From NCBI GenBank assembly GCA_020137815.1, contig CM035352.1, positions 5,084,001 to 5,148,000 of the forward strand: 64,000 nucleotides of DNA, in the 5' to 3' direction. Of the stretch, positions 61,801 to 64,000 are shown piece after piece. Source of the stretch: Hormiphora californensis. Taxonomy: Eukaryota; Animalia; Ctenophora. The notes under the pieces were generated by a model, which saw only the letters and a program-made list of their open reading frames with translations, was not told the DNA's origin and searched no databases. The translations under genes and the position numbers were made by a program. The stretch's first letter is position 1, and each line of letters starts with the position of its first letter.

Positions 61801-64000
61801 CCAATCCCTCAAACACTTCAGGACGTGAGTGATGACATCTGACATCGTTGAGGCGTCAAAATAACCACTGTTTACCAATTCCTCTGCTATCTTGCATCTG
61901 AGATAGAGAGAGGGGAGAGGGAGTCAGGAGAGGAAGAGGGGAGAGCGGAAAGATATATTTAGCAGAGAGAGATTTGAATTCAGAATTCGGGAATGCTTGC
62001 CAGAGCACGATGGAGAAAGTCCAAAATGAAAATGCGCCCCTCCCCCCTCTTCTGACGATGCGCGCCCCACTCCAAACTTTTATCATAACTGTGTCATCGC
62101 GCCCTACGTCAGGTTCTGTTACCGCCAATCAAAAACTGTGACTTGATCTGCCCCACAACCCACAAAATTCCGTCTCAGATAAGAAGACGTACACCGTTCT
62201 GATGAAATTATCACACTTCACAGCTGTCACTTGTCAGTTAACTTACAATATTATTTTCTTCTGGTCGAGTGTACGGTTGTTAAGATCTTGAAAGAGGAAT
62301 GGAAATGTGGTGGAGCGCCTCTCTTTAGCAAGGGGTTGATCATCGCTAGATCGGATCGAACTAAGTTGACCATGGGCCAGGATAGCTTTGGAGCACAGGT
62401 TACAAAATATAGTAGTCGCGCTGAAATAAAAAGAAATGTTATATAGCGGTGTCTCCTTGTCTTGTTCGACCCTCCCTCCCCTAAAAAGGGCTTGAACAAA
62501 ACAAGTGTCTCCCACTCAAATTATTATAGGAATTCAACTTACAGAGATCCAAAGGGGCTTGTGTCACGCATTTCCATGTCTGAAATCAGGCCTTCATAAA
62601 CCGATCTGATCACCTAAAAAATCTGAATTTTAGGATCGGGTATTCACTCACATTACACAAAAATAAAAACTCTCGAAACTTTTCCCGCACTATGTGTGTA
62701 AGTATGAGCGGCTAGGATGTTGCCAGTTGCCCGCACTAACCTCATCTAGATGTTGACCCCTCTCATTTTCATCCAGTTGCAACCAGAGGGAGATAACGGA
62801 TCCAGCAAACTCCATAACCTCACCCTGTATAATTGGGATCAAACTGGCAACATGTGTATTGTATTTCTCTCGGGGGAATTTGTAAGGAGGCATTATACAT
62901 GATATACTGTCTCGGTATAAGAGACTTTCTGGTACAAACAAGACATATTTTTTAGATCTGCGTTATGAGTTATGTTCCAACAGGGAACATAACGACAGTG
63001 CATGATATCCAGCACCTACCTTATTTCCTGAATAATGAGTTCAGAGCAAGAATTAAATAGGGAAGAAAATCGAAAAATACTGGGTTTGACCGGGAATTGA
63101 ACCAGGGACCTCCAGAGAGACATGCCAAACCCAGTATTTTTCGATTTTCTTCCCTATTTAATTCTTGCTCTGAACTCATTATTCAGAATACTAATTAATC
63201 TCTCCTTAACCGAGTTCTGCCCGTGTATGTGTGAGATTCCCCATTAAACTGTTGTACAGAGGGCGTGTGTGTGTGTTGATCACCAGAAGGAGATATCATA
63301 ATTACTTCCCTTTATCACATGGTGTCTAGCTAAGGGCAGGAGCTTGAATATAGAGCGATGAAATGCGATCAGTACATAGGGTTTGGTAGCTTAGTGGTTT
63401 ATAGCTCCGAGCATGTCTCTCTGGAGGTCCCTGGTTCAATTCCCGGTCAAACCCAGTATTTTTCGATTTTCTTCCCTATTTAATTCTTGCTCTGAACTCA
63501 TTATTCAGAATACTAATTAATCTCTCCTTAACCGAGTTCTGCCCGTGTATGTGTGAGATTCCCCATTAAACTGTTGTACAGAGGGCGTGTGTGTGTGTTG
63601 ATCACCAGAAGGAGATATCAAAATTACTTCCCTTTATCACATGGTGTCTAGCTAAGGGCAGGAGCTTGAATATAGAGCGATGAAATGCGATCAGTACATA
63701 GGGTTTGGTAGCTTAGTGGTTTATAGCTCCGAGCATGTCTCTCTGGAGGTCCCTGGTTCAATTCCCGGTCAAACCCAGTATTTTTCGATTTTCTTCCCTA
63801 TTTAATTCTTGCTCTGAACTCATTATTCAGAATACTAATTAATCTCTCCTTAACCGAGTTCTGCCCGTGTATGTGTGAGATTCCCCATTAAACTGTTGTA
63901 CAGAGGGCGTGTGTGTGTGTTGATCACCAGAAGGAGATATCAAAATTACTTCCCTTTACCTTATTTCCCTTGTAAAGCAATGCCCGGGTAGGTTTAACGA
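13657..64000 (-). CDS. ATM: ATM serine/threonine kinase (PIKK family), multi-exon; 5' end lies beyond the window
   Basis: GT-AG exons that join in frame: 15920-16060 (GGINVPK...RQFVK), 15591-15689 (GNDDMRQD), 15163-15351 (VLPLSQVSGLIEW), 14691-14924 (VGLGDRHLANILLD..GELIHIDLG), 14416-14544 (PERVPFRLTRDMVDGLG), 14086-14209 (LEVFLHDPLYNW), 13657-13826 (FATC). Upstream exons, e.g. ~47175-47337 (LLHRWI..SSFPYSHFGY...FYR), resemble ATM N-terminal/FAT regions. Exons above ~48 kb are assigned mainly from strand, splice sites and continuity. Confidence 0.93.
13963..14071. mobile_element. ~108-bp hAT-type MITE. Other copies: ~3017-3133, ~5050-5151, 15796-15910, 25337-25444, ~33502-33575 (partial), 36413-36521, 38420-38528, 39672-41103 (split)
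   Basis: CAGGAACCGACCG...CGGTCGGTTCCTG termini; 8-bp TSDs CTAACAAG, CCTCCTTA, GTGTGCAT, GTTATACC. Confidence 0.92.
14691..14924 (-). CDS. ATM: ATM kinase catalytic exon
   Basis: DRHxxN catalytic loop and HIDLG motif; AG/GT boundaries; 234 nt in phase. Confidence 0.95.
16124..16950. mobile_element. MITE with poly-G/poly-C termini (ACATGTTAATT family)
   Basis: GGGG..GACATGTTAATT / AATTAACATGTC..CCCC; TSD AAGTAAA(G); related copy at 27146-28577. Confidence 0.85.
18890..19446 (-). CDS. ATM: ATM FAT-region exon
   Basis: Long helical ORF (ARAHLALALFADEQ) bounded by AG and GT, lying between other ATM exons. Confidence 0.75.
21027..21102. mobile_element. 76-bp element, TTGTC...GACAA, 8-bp TSD
   Basis: TSD CGAGAACT; second copy at 48823-48988 with TSD AACATGGT. 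Confidence 0.85.
22188..25239 (+). pseudogene. Apparently intronless LDL-receptor class A repeat rhodopsin-type GPCR with several frameshifts, nested antisense in an ATM intron
   Basis: Signal peptide; LDLa motifs (CDGHIDCNSGADE, DGVVDCVGGADE, CDLVDDCGDGSDE); TM segments incl. LICATDFCCWMPF and NSVINPLLY. Frame breaks may be consensus errors. Confidence 0.8.
26522..26764. mobile_element. MITE; a related right end lies at ~47550-48163
   Basis: TIR TTATGTTCTAACCCTC / GAGGGTTAGAACATAA. Confidence 0.7.
27146..28577. mobile_element. Poly-G/C-terminus MITE with nested AGCTAAAA-family MITE (27601-28211)
   Basis: Outer TSD TTTTATA; inner GGGG-TCCAGCCC...GGGCTGGA-CCCC with TSD AATTTT; host element matches 16124-16950. 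Confidence 0.88.
28827..35603 (+). CDS. Rhodopsin-class 7TM GPCR, interrupted by a transposon, nested antisense in an ATM intron
   Basis: 28827-29213 has N-glycosylation sites, TM1 and TM2 (LSTSD). 34638-35603 has TM3-7 (LNAALNPMII). Removing 29214-34637 restores the in-frame FYTV-MITYF junction. Confidence 0.85.
30598..30868 (-). mobile_element. tRNA-derived SINE with compound microsatellite tail
   Basis: A box TGGTGTAGTGG, B box GGTTCGAGTCC, pyrimidine-rich body, tail (CATGACAGAC)n(CATAGT)n. Confidence 0.7.
30866..33270. repeat. Compound minisatellite: ~27-bp CCCTGTCACCTT-type repeats flanking a ~34-bp G-rich array (31340-33153)
   Basis: About 50 copies of GGGAAGGGGGTGAGTTAGGAGGCAGGATGACCTG. 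Confidence 0.93.
35805..36040. repeat. 42-bp AT-rich tandem repeat
   Basis: About 5 copies of TCTTGTTTAGAYWTTCCAATTTTAGTGATTGATTTTAACAAT. Confidence 0.9.
36689..38077. mobile_element. Foldback MITE with TTAA TSD and GG termini (Kolobok-like)
   Basis: TTAA|GGGTACGCTAACC...GGTTAGCGTACCC|TTAA; ~600-bp inverted arms. Confidence 0.88.
39736..41065. mobile_element. Near-perfect 1.3-kb palindromic element (TAG..CTA termini, 3-bp TSD, Academ-like) inserted in a hAT MITE
   Basis: TAA|TAGGCCAGTCATATGA...TCATATGACCGGCCTA|TAA; the MITE halves rejoin across it. Confidence 0.88.
41287..41887 (-). CDS. ATM: ATM HEAT/solenoid-region exon
   Basis: 200-codon open frame with CAG acceptor and GTAAGG donor on the ATM strand. 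Confidence 0.7.
44200..44870. repeat. ~24-bp minisatellite GACAGCTGACCCCGCTCCAGTAAA
   Basis: Tandem copies visible directly. Confidence 0.92.
45525..46984. mobile_element. Foldback element with CACGG..CCGTG termini and 4-bp TSD CTCT (Chapaev/CMC-like)
   Basis: ~710-bp inverted arms with a short spacer; no ORF. Confidence 0.88.
47565..48148. mobile_element. AGCTAAAA-family MITE
   Basis: Near-identical to 27601-28211; 6-bp TSD AGGGTT; the empty target GTAAAGGGAGGGTTAGAACATAAC is seen at ~26741. Confidence 0.9.
49814..57529 (+). CDS. Two-exon secreted Cys/His-rich protein with PCSK9-CHRD/resistin-like modules, nested antisense in an ATM intron
   Basis: Exon 1 49814-49919 (MRACLVTLLLVGAATAA signal peptide, phase-1 GT) joins exon 2 57060-57529 (CCTAG acceptor) in frame: KTVVGPRSGP..SEARC..C...KCVAHVGHGGGHLHAVAIC. 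Confidence 0.8.
49969..50488. mobile_element. Poly-G/C-terminus MITE
   Basis: GGGG-TGCAGCCC...GGGCTGCA-CCCC; TSD TATTAAT; T-rich and A-rich inverted arms. Confidence 0.85.
50566..57041 (+). mobile_element. 6.5-kb retroposed insertion: satellite array plus ~790-bp unique 3' end with (CCA)n tail
   Basis: 14-bp direct repeat ACCGATATTGCATC at 50552-50565 and 57042-57055; tail CCACCACCACCACC; stem-loop TGCCC-TAAC-GGGCA just upstream of the tail. Confidence 0.75.
50570..56248. repeat. Satellite array of ~440-bp and ~309-bp units
   Basis: About 16 units; the short unit lacks the CTCAGGTCACGTCC...AAAACTGTCAAATA segment. Confidence 0.95.
59863..60849. mobile_element. Foldback element with TAGGCCAGTCA termini and 3-bp TSD ATA (related to 39736-41065)
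   Basis: ATA|TAGGCCAGTCA...TGACTGGCCTA|ATA; ~430-bp arms. Confidence 0.88.
63029..63956 (+). mobile_element. Tandem tRNA-like retro-insertion, family B (inverted 5' segment plus 2.6 x 322-bp units)
   Basis: 63029-63125 is inverted; direct units run from 63126 with period 322. TSD TACCTTATTTCC at 63017-63028 and 63957-63968. Confidence 0.9.
63379..63455 (+). ncRNA. tRNA-like cloverleaf; second copy at 63701-63777
   Basis: GGGTTTGG/TCAAACCC acceptor stem, A box TAGCTTAGTGG, loop CATGTCT, B box GGTTCAATTCC, followed by T5. Confidence 0.75.

Noticed and set aside
63349-63356. TATA box 30 nt upstream of the tRNA-like sequence in both families
   Set aside because: TATAG also pairs with CTAT in the flanking stem, so conservation may be structural; not called as a promoter.
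63534-63665. HDV-like ribozyme suggested by CTAA-GGGCA pairing with TGCCC
   Set aside because: It resembles J4/2 plus P2, but I could not find P3/L3 or P1/P1.1 in the required order.

Overview
Intron-rich, repeat-dense eukaryotic (animal) DNA. Nested antisense genes and LDLa-GPCRs make it look ctenophore-like, but that is inference only. Most of the window (13657 to beyond 64000, minus strand) is a multi-exon ATM kinase gene. Its introns carry three antisense genes: a frameshifted LDLa-repeat GPCR, a rhodopsin-class GPCR split by a 5.4-kb DNA transposon, and a two-exon secreted protein with PCSK9-C-terminal/resistin-like modules. The left end holds the last exon of a divergent SHMT-like gene, a C1QBP/p32 (MAM33) gene, and a partial duplicate of that gene. 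Many MITE/foldback families, minisatellites and a 6.5-kb satellite-bearing retro-insertion are present. The main candidate novelty is two diverged insertions (781-1711 and 63029-63956). Each has about 2.6 tandem 335- or 322-bp units, an 11-12 bp TSD and a 5' inversion. Each unit has a tRNA-like cloverleaf with a CAUGU loop, a long flanking stem and a covarying three-way junction. This fits a structured, possibly circular RNA retroelement with no recognisable hammerhead. Scattered 1-bp indels suggest imperfect consensus, so some frameshifts may be artefacts.
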